Shown: positions 9,851-19,850 of the stretch, one piece after another | Numbering within the stretch: the first letter of the stretch is position 1 | Layout: each line of letters starts with the position of its first letter | Origin: a virus | DNA length: 64,000 nucleotides | Virus record (IMG/VR): IMGVR_UViG_3300032315_001186 | Location: 9,072 to 73,071 of that record | Strand: one strand, 5' to 3' | Notes under the pieces: model-generated | Seen by the model: the letters and a program-made list of their open reading frames with translations, nothing else | What the model was told of the DNA's origin: nothing | Databases searched by the model: none | Program-made: the position numbers and the translations under genes

Positions 9851-11389
9851 ATGGCTCTACCTAAAAAAGTAATACCAAATATTAATTTAGTCCCTCCAAA
9901 AATTTTACTTGAGAGGAGAGAACAATTATTACAGGATATTACAGAAGACGGAACATATCTTCCAAAGAATTTGGGTTATGCCGAAATGGATAGAGGATTT
10001 TTAGATTTTGTTAAAAATGAACTTAAAACAGTTGTTGAGGGAAAAGTAATTCCAACAATTGACATTCTTATAACAACACAAAACTGGGCACAATTTACTC
10101 AAACTTGGTCTTTTCAAGATTTGAACGGCAACACCGAACCACCCTTTATTACGGTGGTGAGAGTTCCTGAAGTAAAATATGGTACAAATCCTGCGACTCT
10201 TTATAATATCCCAAACCAAAAAGAATTTTTCTATGCAGCTGTACCTACTTGGAATGGTAATGTAAAGGGGCTTGACATTTATAAAATACCACAACCAGTA
10301 CCTGTTGATATCTCGTTTAGTGTAAAAATTGTTTGTAATCGAATGAGAGAACTCAACGAGTTTAACAAAAATGTTCTTCAGACATTCGCATCACGTCAAG
10401 CGTACACTAAAGTTAATGGGCACTTTATCCCAATTGTAAACACAAACATAAGTGATGAATCTGTCACACAGGTTGATAAAAGAAGATTTTACATCCAAAA
10501 TTATGATTTCACACTTTTGGGATTCCTATTAGATCAAGATAAGTTCGAGGTAGCACCTGCGGTCTCTAGAGTTCTTAATGTTTTTGAGACCAATATGAAA
10601 CCCATAAATCGTAAAAGAAAAAGATTCCCTGTGAATGAAGGTGTCTTTGATCTTACGATTCAAGCGGTAAGAAACTCCCCTGTTATTAGGACAATCAGTG
10701 TTGATTATACAGGTACTTTTACAATTTTATCAACCCAAAATGTGAGTACCTATGATTTGTTTGTTAGGTTAAACACCAGTACAGAGTTTGACTATTATGG
10801 GACAAATGTTGTCAATTTTGAGGTGAATACTGGTGACCAGTTACGATTTGAAATTACTCAAGAAAATGCCGACCCAACTTCTACCATAACATATGGGGTA
10901 TCTTTTTTAGGTTCACCACAAAATTTAACTTTCGATTTACCAACCCCGTCAATTACCCCAACAAACACAATAACCCCTTCTATTACACCAACGAGTAGTT
11001 TGACACCAACACCATCAATAACCCCAACAAAGTCAACAACACCAACGAATAGTTTGACACCAACACCTACTATCACTCCGACAAAAACTTCTAGTTTATG
11101 TCAATCTTTGGAATTAATTTGTAATAATTATGAAATAACCAATACAACGTCTTCAGCACAACCACTTTTATTAGTATATTCAGCATGTACAAATCAACCG
11201 ACAGTATCATCAATTACTTTGAGTTCTGGACAAACCACTAACTTTTGTGCAGTAGCATACACAATAGCTTATTCTGGTGGTCATATAATTAATCAAACGG
11301 GAACTTGTGGAAAATTCTGTTCTTCATTTACAAACATTTTCCTACATATACCAAATTTGACTCCAACACCTACTCCAAGTCTATCGTAA
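9851..11389 (+). CDS. tail terminator/sheath stabiliser (T4 gp15-like) with appended Pro/Thr and Cys-rich tail
   Basis: PQPVPVDISFSVKI motif; position just upstream of the sheath gene. Confidence 0.55.
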   Translation: MALPKKVIPNINLVPPKILLERREQLLQDITEDGTYLPKNLGYAEMDRGFLDFVKNELKTVVEGKVIPTIDILITTQNWAQFTQTWSFQDLNGNTEPPFITVVRVPEVKYGTNPATLYNIPNQKEFFYAAVPTWNGNVKGLDIYKIPQPVPVDISFSVKIVCNRMRELNEFNKNVLQTFASRQAYTKVNGHFIPIVNTNISDESVTQVDKRRFYIQNYDFTLLGFLLDQDKFEVAPAVSRVLNVFETNMKPINRKRKRFPVNEGVFDLTIQAVRNSPVIRTISVDYTGTFTILSTQNVSTYDLFVRLNTSTEFDYYGTNVVNFEVNTGDQLRFEITQENADPTSTITYGVSFLGSPQNLTFDLPTPSITPTNTITPSITPTSSLTPTPSITPTKSTTPTNSLTPTPTITPTKTSSLCQSLELICNNYEITNTTSSAQPLLLVYSACTNQPTVSSITLSSGQTTNFCAVAYTIAYSGGHIINQTGTCGKFCSSFTNIFLHIPNLTPTPTPSLS

Positions 11390-11545
11390 TCAGTCCTCAC
11401 CATAGATATCTTTTTTCTTAGTACAGTTTTGATCTATAAGTTTTTCTAAGAACTTATAGATTTTTATTCCGTTGTCATCACAATATTTTTTCAATTTATT
11501 GTGGGAATCCACCGAAATTTTAATGTTTTTGGTTGATTTTTTCAT
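11390..11545 (-). CDS. small ribbon-helix-helix-like DNA-binding protein, 51 aa (not in ORF track)
   Basis: MKKSTKNIKISVDSHNKLKKYCDDNGIKIYKFLEKLIDQNCTKKKDIYGED*; strand-helix-G-helix pattern; own TATTTAT motif at 11580-11586 (minus). Confidence 0.65.
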   Translation of the reverse strand: MKKSTKNIKISVDSHNKLKKYCDDNGIKIYKFLEKLIDQNCTKKKDIYGED

Positions 11546-11666
11546 TAAGGATAAAAAAAGATAATTTTTTCCTCCTAATATAAATAAGTTTTTATAAAAA
11601 AAAATACTTTATCGATTAAGATAATATTTATATCAATAAAACCTAAAAAAATAAAAAAATCATCAT

Positions 11667-14600
11667 ATGGCGACTACCAATAAAATATTCGTATCCCCTG
11701 GTGTTTACACATCGGAAAGGGATTTAAGTTTTGTAGCACAAAGTGTAGGTGTTACAACCCTAGGGTTGGTTGGCGAAACCTTAACAGGTCCCGCTTTCGA
11801 ACCTATTTTCATAACTAATTACGACGAATTTGAGGCGTTTTTCGGTGGGACTATTCCCGAAAAATTTGTCAACACTCAGATACCTAAGTATGAATTAGCT
11901 TATATCGCTAAATCTTATCTACAACAATCCAATCAGTTGTTTGTAACACGTGTTTTGGGTCTTTCAGGTTATGATGCGGGGCCAGGTTGGTCTTTATCAA
12001 TTCAAGCAAATGTGGACGGAACCACTGTAGGTTTGAATGGTTCTTCTTCCAACTATACAATTAGTTTCGTTGCCACTACTGGTGGTACCGTCACTCTCAC
12101 ACCTGTAGGTACGACATTAGTTGGTACAAACTTGAATAACCCTTTTACTCTTTTAAATGGAAATCAATCATCTTTCAATACTGAATTGAGTACTCAACTT
12201 ACAGGTATTGTAAATGCTTCTGGTAATACTAGTGGTACTTCAGTTTATTATTTTGGTACAATTACAGACGCGGCTTACAGTGCTTTGAGTTCTTATACAG
12301 GTGAAACCAATGTGTTTGGTATGTCTGGTCTTACTAACTCTACCGCAGAATACACTTCTCCAAACAATGATGCTTGGTATTACTCTAATTTTAACGAAAG
12401 TACCAATGGTAATTATACAGGATACTCTTTCTTTAGTGTGGTAACTTCATTAACAGATGCGGGTGGTGGAACTTATAATGGAACTATATCTGGTACTGTA
12501 TTTAATTTTTCAGGTGTTTCGTATTTGGATTATAACAATGTGGTAGTAGCTACTTTACGTTCAAGAGGTATTTCAAATTATGGTTCTGGTGGAACAGGTC
12601 CAAGATACCAAGTAACTGGACTTACAAGTGTTGTATTAAACACTACGGGGTCATACTCTGCTATTACAGAAAATCCATTCTCTCGTTTTGCTATTTCAGG
12701 TGTTACAGATGGCGCCGCTTCTCCTGAGAATTTCTCTTTCGTTGTTTCCTTATCACAAACAGACCAAAACTACCTACCATCTGTGTTGGGTCGATCTAAC
12801 TTTGGAAAAAGTAGAACTGAGGTTCCAATAATGGTCGAGGAAGTTTACCCAACCTTATTAACGTATGGGTATAATAAAGGTTTTATCAGGGGTCTTAAAA
12901 CTGACTTGATTGCCACCCCCGGTTTAAGGTATAATCCTACTACTGATTCTATTGCCAATTATTTGGAAAGATATAGGGCTGCTGAATCTCCTTGGGTTGT
13001 ATCACAACTTCGTGGTAGTACCGTTGAAAGATTATTTAAAATTTTAACGATATCTGATGGTGATTCGGCCAACACTCAAATCAAAATTTCTATACAAAAT
13101 ATTTCATTTAATAATGTGTCCTTTGATTTAGGTGTTCGTGACTTTTTCGATACAGATACCAATCCAGTTTATTTGGAGAAGTTTACTAATTGTAATATGG
13201 ACCCTTCATCGAATAATTACATCGGTGTTAAGATCGGTACTTCTGACGGAGAATATGCTTTGAATTCTAAATATATTATGTTAGAATTGGATTCGGATGC
13301 ACCTATCGATTCATTACCTTGTGGTTTCGAAGGATATGTTATGAGGGAGTATCCCAATGCAATCCCTCCTTTCCCAATTTACAAAACCGCTTACTATTTC
13401 CCTGGTGAAGTTATTTACAACCCCCCATTTGGAACTACGACAGGACCTGTTTCTTCTCGTGGTATGTCAAATGCGGTTCAGAGTTCAGGAGACAGAGTAA
13501 GAACAACCTTCTTAGGTATCTCAAGTCAAATTGGTTATGATGTTGATTTTTATCAGTATAAAGGAGCTCAGTATCCCGTAAGTATTTGTGATTCTGAAGT
13601 GGCTGAACCATGGGATTACATTACTCAAGGTTTCCATATGGACTCAGGGGCTACTGTTGTTCAAATTGCAGTAGGACCAACTTCGGGAACTCCTGCATTC
13701 CAGTGTGGTGATGCATCATTCCAATCGGATCCCGAAACTTCGGAAAACCCTTACTATCAGATTCAAGCTCGTAAGTTTACGTTCTTAGTTCAGAAAGGTT
13801 TTGATGGTTGGGATGTTTATCGTGAATATCGTACAAATGGAGATAGTTTTATACTCGGTGGTGCTGGATATCAGAGAGGTGCTTGTTCAACAACAAGATA
13901 TCCGAATGCCACAGGGTGGGGAGCATTTAAACCTATTAGTGTTTCAAACTTCACAGATTACACTAATACTGACTACTATGCATATTTGTTGGGTATTAGT
14001 ACATTCAATAACCCTGAATCCACAAACATCAATGTGTTCGCAACCCCTGGTATTGACTATGTTAATAACTCAAATCTTGTAGAAGACGCAATTTCGATGA
14101 TTACTTATCAGAGGGCTGACTCGATTTATATCGTCACCACACCTGATTGTAATGTGTTTTTACCAACTAGTAACGATAATTTCATTTATCCGACCGAAGC
14201 GGTTGATAACTTGGATAATACAGGTATCGATTCTAACTATACGGCTACCTACTATCCTTGGATACTTGTAAGGGATACTGTAAATAACACTCAAATTTAT
14301 ATTCCACCAACCAACGAGGTTTGTAGAAACTTAGCATTAACTGATAACATCGCATTCCCTTGGTTTGCAACTGCGGGTTACACACGTGGTTTGGTCAATG
14401 CTATCAAAGCTCGTAAGAAGTTGACACAAGAAGATAGAGACACTTTGTATCAAGGTCGTATCAATCCTATCGCAACTTTCTCGGATGTTGGTACTGTTAT
14501 TTGGGGTAATAAAACACTTCAAATATCCGACACAGCATTGAACAGAATTAATGTGAGAAGATTGTTACTACAAGCTAGAAAACTTATTTCTGCTGTTGCA

Positions 14601-14852
14601 GTAAGATTGTTGTTCGAACAAAACGACGCTAAGGTTCGTCAGGATTTCTTGGATAGTGTTAATCCGATCTTGGATGCTATCAGAAGAGATAGAGGTCTTT
14701 ATGACTTCAGAGTAACCGTAAGTAGCTCTCCTGAGGATTTGGATAGAAACACCCTTTCAGGAAAAATTTATTTAAAACCAACTAAGGCACTTGAATTTAT
14801 TGATATTGAGTTCTTGATAACTCCAACTGGAGCATCATTTGAAAATATCTAA
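11667..14852 (+). CDS. contractile tail sheath protein
   Basis: SPGVYTSERD N-terminus; PWFATAGYTRG, RINPI, WGNKT, RINVRRLL, FEQND C-terminal sheath motifs. Confidence 0.95.
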   Translation: MATTNKIFVSPGVYTSERDLSFVAQSVGVTTLGLVGETLTGPAFEPIFITNYDEFEAFFGGTIPEKFVNTQIPKYELAYIAKSYLQQSNQLFVTRVLGLSGYDAGPGWSLSIQANVDGTTVGLNGSSSNYTISFVATTGGTVTLTPVGTTLVGTNLNNPFTLLNGNQSSFNTELSTQLTGIVNASGNTSGTSVYYFGTITDAAYSALSSYTGETNVFGMSGLTNSTAEYTSPNNDAWYYSNFNESTNGNYTGYSFFSVVTSLTDAGGGTYNGTISGTVFNFSGVSYLDYNNVVVATLRSRGISNYGSGGTGPRYQVTGLTSVVLNTTGSYSAITENPFSRFAISGVTDGAASPENFSFVVSLSQTDQNYLPSVLGRSNFGKSRTEVPIMVEEVYPTLLTYGYNKGFIRGLKTDLIATPGLRYNPTTDSIANYLERYRAAESPWVVSQLRGSTVERLFKILTISDGDSANTQIKISIQNISFNNVSFDLGVRDFFDTDTNPVYLEKFTNCNMDPSSNNYIGVKIGTSDGEYALNSKYIMLELDSDAPIDSLPCGFEGYVMREYPNAIPPFPIYKTAYYFPGEVIYNPPFGTTTGPVSSRGMSNAVQSSGDRVRTTFLGISSQIGYDVDFYQYKGAQYPVSICDSEVAEPWDYITQGFHMDSGATVVQIAVGPTSGTPAFQCGDASFQSDPETSENPYYQIQARKFTFLVQKGFDGWDVYREYRTNGDSFILGGAGYQRGACSTTRYPNATGWGAFKPISVSNFTDYTNTDYYAYLLGISTFNNPESTNINVFATPGIDYVNNSNLVEDAISMITYQRADSIYIVTTPDCNVFLPTSNDNFIYPTEAVDNLDNTGIDSNYTATYYPWILVRDTVNNTQIYIPPTNEVCRNLALTDNIAFPWFATAGYTRGLVNAIKARKKLTQEDRDTLYQGRINPIATFSDVGTVIWGNKTLQISDTALNRINVRRLLLQARKLISAVAVRLLFEQNDAKVRQDFLDSVNPILDAIRRDRGLYDFRVTVSSSPEDLDRNTLSGKIYLKPTKALEFIDIEFLITPTGASFENI

Positions 14853-14858
14853 TAGTTA

Positions 14859-15683
14859 ATGATTTCACACACCAAACAGGCTTTAATTTCGGAGGGTTTC
14901 GATGCTTTCGGAACCCCCGAATTAAAGTATTATGCATTTGATTGGGATGATAACATAATGCATATGCCGACCAAGATTATGGTTCTTGATGATAAAGGAT
15001 CTGAAGTTGGAATGTCCACCGAAGATTTTGCTAAGTATCGTGGAATTATAGGTAAGGAAAATTTCCCGTATGAGGGGACCACCATTGTGGACTATGCTCA
15101 AAACCCCTTTCGTAATTTTAGAACGGAAGGAGACAGACAATTTATCATTGATAGTATGAAGGGAAAACCTGGACCAGTATGGTCCGACTTTGTGGAGGCA
15201 ATTAATAATGGTTCTATTTTTTCAATTATTACGGCTAGAGGACATAACCCAAACACTATAAAGCAAGCCATATACAATATGATTGTGACTAATTACAATG
15301 GAATTAATAAAGATTTATTACTTAAAAACCTAAAAAAATATAGAAAGGTATCAGGAAATAGAATCAACACAAGAGACTTGATAAATTATTATATGGATTT
15401 GAATAAGTATTATCCTGTGTCTTATGGAAGTGAGAATAGTGCAGCTAGTCCTGAAGAACTCAAAGTAAAAGCACTACAAGAATTTATTGATTATGTAAAA
15501 AGACATGCAAAAAAATTGAAGAAAAAACTTTATTTGAAAGACAATGTCAAAGGAACATTTACACCTACAATTGGATTTTCAGATGATGATATAAGAAACT
15601 TAGAAAAAATTAAACAAGAATTTATTAAAGAACCTATATTAAAGACATATTCAACCGCGAGCGGGAAAAAAACCAGATTCTAA
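14859..15683 (+). CDS. HAD-superfamily-like protein
   Basis: FDWDDNI (DxD), ITARG, K, FSDDD motifs. Confidence 0.6.
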   Translation: MISHTKQALISEGFDAFGTPELKYYAFDWDDNIMHMPTKIMVLDDKGSEVGMSTEDFAKYRGIIGKENFPYEGTTIVDYAQNPFRNFRTEGDRQFIIDSMKGKPGPVWSDFVEAINNGSIFSIITARGHNPNTIKQAIYNMIVTNYNGINKDLLLKNLKKYRKVSGNRINTRDLINYYMDLNKYYPVSYGSENSAASPEELKVKALQEFIDYVKRHAKKLKKKLYLKDNVKGTFTPTIGFSDDDIRNLEKIKQEFIKEPILKTYSTASGKKTRF

Positions 15684-15726
15684 TAGAGAATATCCGAAAA
15701 AAAAACAAAGTAAATAGATAAATTTT

Positions 15727-17370
15727 TCAACGCTCAAATTTCTTCAAAAACACAATTGTACCACAATCAAAAATTCTTTCAATATTTCGAGAAACCATAA
15801 TTTGTTTTTCGGTTAACTTAATATCAAAACCTTCTTTTTTCAATTTTTCTTTTCTAAAATTCATTCTATGTACTCTTTTTTTTCCAATGATATACCAATA
15901 ATTTGGTTTATTAATATTGGTCTGAGTAAACCCTAGTTTACGATACAAATGCCCCTGACTCCAACGACGATCTGCATAACTAATTATTTGAGTTGGGTGA
16001 TAGTTTTTTATGAAGTGATTAAGTAATTTGTCAGCCCCCCCTACAACTATCGTATCTGTTTTATTACAAAACCTACTTAATTCATATCCACTATGATGTG
16101 AACCGATACCTAGTCTTGGTTTTGTAAAGGTCATCAAAGATACTAATTCTTGATTATAGTATAAACCTAAATTAATTTTTGAATTTATTTTTCCTTGTAA
16201 ATGGTGTGTGTCCAAAAAACTAGACGATGTTTGGGGGTCTACAATTTTAATAACACACTTTCTTGCAAACACTCTGTCCAAGGTAAGACCTAACAAATTT
16301 TTTAATTTGGACTTAATAATGTTTTTTTTGAATAACCATTCGTCTTCAAAGATGTGAATTAGTCGTATATTATTTTGTTCACAAATTTGGGTTTTATTCA
16401 AATGATAATTCTTTCCAACCTTATTTTCAGAATGCCAATACAGACCATTAAACTCAATTGCCAGATTATGTGAAGGTATAAAAATATCGATTTGATATGG
16501 AGGAATTATGGATAGCGATGATGTGATTGTCTGAACACCACAAGAAAGTAAAAATTGATTGATTTCTTTTTCTATGTTGGATACACTAGATGAACAGTTT
16601 GGACACCCATGCTTGGATAAATGATCGTAGGGGAGTTGATCGAATATCCCGTGTGTTGGACAAATTATTTTAATCTTTGTGTGTGAGTTATGATATTCCA
16701 CAAGAGAATAATCATATTTGTCAGAATGAATTTTTTCAGATCTTTCGATAAATTCAGATTCATTTAAACTAAACTTTTCTTTCTTTCGGTCAATTGAACA
16801 TTTTTTACAACCTTGCCCGCACAAGTGTTTCGAAGGGGTTTGTTCAAAAACACCATGTTTTGGACACAAGATTTTTACATTTTTTGTAGATTTGATAAGA
16901 TGCACCAATGAATAATCATAATAAGTTCCGTGTTTTTCAATTGCTTTATTAACAAAAGTTTCAGTGTTAGAACGGGGTTTACTCCTACTACAAGAAGGAC
17001 AACCCTGACCAATCATATGTTGAGAAGGAAGTTTTTCAAAAATCCCATGAACAGGACATATAATTTTTACCTTGGTTTCTGAATTATCATAATTAGTTAA
17101 TGAGTAGTCATATAGATCCCCAAACCTATTTTTTACTTTGGTTAAAAACTCTTGGGTATTTGTAACCCTGTCTAAACAAAACTTACAACCATTTTTACCA
17201 CGTAAATGTTCACTAGGTAATTGCATAAAACTGTAATTGTGTAAATTACAAATTAATTTCACTTTAATAGTGGATTTTACATAATCAACAAATTCATAAT
17301 TGAATTTATCAGAATATAATTTTTTTGATTTTTCAATAAATTTTGATCTGTCGTAAAATATTTTAGGCAT
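15727..17370 (-). CDS. free-standing homing endonuclease (DUF723-like Zn repeats + PD-(D/E)xK/Vsr-like nuclease + Hef-like C-terminus)
   Basis: Four YDYS..Y....KV.I.CP.HG.F.Q.P..HL.G.GC..C repeats; DIFIPSHNLAIEFNGLYWH; inverted relative to its neighbours. Confidence 0.8.
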   Translation of the reverse strand: MPKIFYDRSKFIEKSKKLYSDKFNYEFVDYVKSTIKVKLICNLHNYSFMQLPSEHLRGKNGCKFCLDRVTNTQEFLTKVKNRFGDLYDYSLTNYDNSETKVKIICPVHGIFEKLPSQHMIGQGCPSCSRSKPRSNTETFVNKAIEKHGTYYDYSLVHLIKSTKNVKILCPKHGVFEQTPSKHLCGQGCKKCSIDRKKEKFSLNESEFIERSEKIHSDKYDYSLVEYHNSHTKIKIICPTHGIFDQLPYDHLSKHGCPNCSSSVSNIEKEINQFLLSCGVQTITSSLSIIPPYQIDIFIPSHNLAIEFNGLYWHSENKVGKNYHLNKTQICEQNNIRLIHIFEDEWLFKKNIIKSKLKNLLGLTLDRVFARKCVIKIVDPQTSSSFLDTHHLQGKINSKINLGLYYNQELVSLMTFTKPRLGIGSHHSGYELSRFCNKTDTIVVGGADKLLNHFIKNYHPTQIISYADRRWSQGHLYRKLGFTQTNINKPNYWYIIGKKRVHRMNFRKEKLKKEGFDIKLTEKQIMVSRNIERIFDCGTIVFLKKFER

Positions 17371-17431
17371 GGATATATTTATTAAGTGTATTTAAAAAGT
17401 ACGACTATAAATATAATCAAAAAAAAATAAA

Positions 17432-17920
17432 ATGGCAGATTTACTGATGAAAATGCCGGTTCCATACGAACCGAAAAGAGTAAATAGATTTATATTAAGA
17501 TTTGACTCTACCCTTGGGATTAACGAATGGTTTGTTGAATCGACGGATAGACCTTCGATTGATATCACATCTGTGGCAATCCCTTTCCTAAACACAGAAA
17601 CCTATGTAGCTGGTAGGTTTAAATGGAACGCTATGAACGTAGTATTCAGAGACCCAATTGGACCTTCGGCAACACAAGCCCTTATGGAGTGGGTACGATT
17701 ACATGCGGAATCTGTCACAGGTCGTATGGGATACGCCGCAGGATATAAAAAGAATGTGGATCTAGAAATGTTAGACCCAACGGGTGTAGTGGTTGAAAAA
17801 TGGATATTGGACTCTTGTATGATTACGAAGTCAGCTTGGAATCAAGCACAATATGGTCAAGATGGTTTGGCAACATTGTCTGTCACTTTACAACCTGATC
17901 GTTGTATTCTTGTTTACTAA
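17432..17920 (+). CDS. tail tube protein (T4 gp19-like)
   Basis: EPKRVNRF, YVAGRFKW, LDPTGVVVEKW; size and position after the sheath gene. Confidence 0.85.
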   Translation: MADLLMKMPVPYEPKRVNRFILRFDSTLGINEWFVESTDRPSIDITSVAIPFLNTETYVAGRFKWNAMNVVFRDPIGPSATQALMEWVRLHAESVTGRMGYAAGYKKNVDLEMLDPTGVVVEKWILDSCMITKSAWNQAQYGQDGLATLSVTLQPDRCILVY

Positions 17921-17937
17921 AAAAATCTACAATACTT

Positions 17938-17973
17938 AAAAATCTCGTGTAGCAATATACGAGATTTTTTTTT
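17938..17973 (+). terminator. Rho-independent terminator
   Basis: AAAAATCTCGT-loop-ACGAGATTTTT hairpin plus T run after the tube gene. Confidence 0.8.
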
Positions 17974-18022
17974 GTATTTATTTTTCTTTGGTTGCGTCTT
18001 ACATTAAAAAAAAAGAAATAAT

Positions 18023-18568
18023 ATGCCATCATTACAAATTAAAGATTTAGAGGATATCATATCTATGTGTGATTCGAATATGTCGACATATAAGTATTTT
18101 ATTGAGACTGGTACATATCACGGGGAGACAACTCTTAGAATGGAGGGTTTCTTTGAAAGAATATTTACCATAGAACTTAGTACATATCTTTATCAACTTT
18201 TCACATCTAGGAATTACGATAAAAATAAAATTACTGCTTTACTTGGTGATAGTGGAGAGGAACTTTCTAAAGTTATCCCACATCTAGACGGGGATGCTAT
18301 TTTTTTCTTAGATGGTCACTATTCATCTGGTGAAACCGCACAGGGAGTTAAGGATTGTCCACTTTTAGAAGAACTTGAAGTAATTAACAGGAATCTCCAG
18401 CACGGTGCAATTGTTATCATCGACGATCTTAGACTTTTTGGAACCAAGATGAATGAGGATTGGACTTACATAACCAAGGAATCATTGTTAGAAAAGATTG
18501 AAAAAAGAGTGGAGAAATCATTTGATATCAACGACAGATTTGTCATTTTACTATCTAAAAAGAAATAA
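18023..18568 (+). CDS. class I SAM-dependent methyltransferase-like protein
   Basis: FIETGTYHG, TIELS, LGDS, FFLDGH, IIDD motifs. Confidence 0.75.
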   Translation: MPSLQIKDLEDIISMCDSNMSTYKYFIETGTYHGETTLRMEGFFERIFTIELSTYLYQLFTSRNYDKNKITALLGDSGEELSKVIPHLDGDAIFFLDGHYSSGETAQGVKDCPLLEELEVINRNLQHGAIVIIDDLRLFGTKMNEDWTYITKESLLEKIEKRVEKSFDINDRFVILLSKKK

Positions 18569-18570
18569 TT

Positions 18571-18933
18571 ATGATAGAGATTCCAAATCCGATAGAACCA
18601 TTAATGGCGAACAGGTACGCGATAGAAGTCGTAGGAACCGAGATTCCTAGTTATTTGTTTAGAGAATTCAAAATTTTCAATGAGGGGGACGAACTTATTT
18701 TTACGACAGAATTTTATGAAACAGTCAATTTTTGTTTTAACCCAAATGAGTTCTTCAAAATTACAGCAGTAAAAATATTATATCTAGATCCTATAGGTAG
18801 TGTTGTCAATGAATTATTGTTTGAAACAAAATCTATGAATTATGAAAAAACCGCATCATATGGTAGTGACGACCTACTGACTAATAAAATGAGGTTTGTA
18901 ATTGGAAAAACACACAACTTCATTACTTTGTGA
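18571..18933 (+). CDS. short tail-tube paralog
   Basis: PIEPLMANRY / YLDPIGSVV / YGSDDL align with the tube protein's PYEPKRVNRF / MLDPTGVVV / YGQDGL. Confidence 0.6.
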   Translation: MIEIPNPIEPLMANRYAIEVVGTEIPSYLFREFKIFNEGDELIFTTEFYETVNFCFNPNEFFKITAVKILYLDPIGSVVNELLFETKSMNYEKTASYGSDDLLTNKMRFVIGKTHNFITL

Positions 18934-18967
18934 AAACAAAAATTAAAACAAAATTATATTTTAAGCC

Positions 18968-19717
18968 ATGGACGAAAATTTAAAAAAATACGGACAAGAA
19001 AATTTTTCATTACCACATGACGTTGTAAAACTACCAAGTGGTGGTAAATTCTACCCAAATAAAAAAAAGTCGGTTAAAGTTGGATATCTAACAGCAAGTG
19101 ATGAAAATTTATTAATGGCGAGTAATACAGATGACTTAATTATCAACCTATTAAGGTCAAAGGTGTACGAACCGGATTTGAGACCTGATGATATGATAAA
19201 CGGAGATTTAGAAGCTATTCTAATTTTTCTCCGAAACACATCTTTTGGTCACGAATACAACCTTCAATCTGTAGACCCAACTACGGGGAAATCATTCTCA
19301 GTTGTAATACCTTTGGATGAACTAGAATTCAGAAAACCAAACGTAGAACCAGATGAAAACGGAACTTGGACTATTACATTACCCAAGTCACAATCTACTG
19401 TGACTCTTCGTCCTTTAATTTATAAAGAAATAACCGATATAAACCGACAAGTTGAATCTTATCCCCAAGGTAGAGTAGCACCAAGAGTTACTTGGAGATT
19501 ACACAAACAAATCTTGTCGGTAAATGGGGACAACCAACCTCAAACAATTCACAAATTCGTGGACTCTATGCCGATAATGGATTCCAAATACATTAAAAAC
19601 TTTTTGGAAGAAAACGAACCCAAAATAGATTTAAAACGCACAGTTATAGCCCCGTCAGGAAACAAGGTAGATGTAGAAATCACCTTTGGGGCGGAGTTTT
19701 TTCGTGTTTTCTTCTGA
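18968..19717 (+). CDS. baseplate hub/tail assembly chaperone (T4 gp26-like)
   Basis: VKLPSGGKFY, YLTASDENLL, AILIFLRNTSFG, terminal EFF motif; upstream of the tape measure gene. Confidence 0.7.
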   Translation: MDENLKKYGQENFSLPHDVVKLPSGGKFYPNKKKSVKVGYLTASDENLLMASNTDDLIINLLRSKVYEPDLRPDDMINGDLEAILIFLRNTSFGHEYNLQSVDPTTGKSFSVVIPLDELEFRKPNVEPDENGTWTITLPKSQSTVTLRPLIYKEITDINRQVESYPQGRVAPRVTWRLHKQILSVNGDNQPQTIHKFVDSMPIMDSKYIKNFLEENEPKIDLKRTVIAPSGNKVDVEITFGAEFFRVFF

Positions 19718-19850
19718 TTATAGAGGCTATCAAATAGACGAGTTTTTTTTATTAAATCAGAGATTAAACGTTTCGTACTCTGATTATTTGAGTATGCCTA
19801 TTTTTTGGAGAAGGAAATTATTAGAAAAAATCAACAATCAATCTATCTAA
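19704..19850 (+). CDS. T4 gp51-like chaperone extension ORF in the +1 frame (not in ORF track), possibly reached by frameshift
   Basis: VFSSDYRGYQIDEFFLLNQRLNVSYSDYLSMPIFWRRKLLEKINNQSI*; overlaps the end of the upstream gene after GAG TTT TTT CGT. Confidence 0.6.
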   Translation: MFSSDYRGYQIDEFFLLNQRLNVSYSDYLSMPIFWRRKLLEKINNQSI

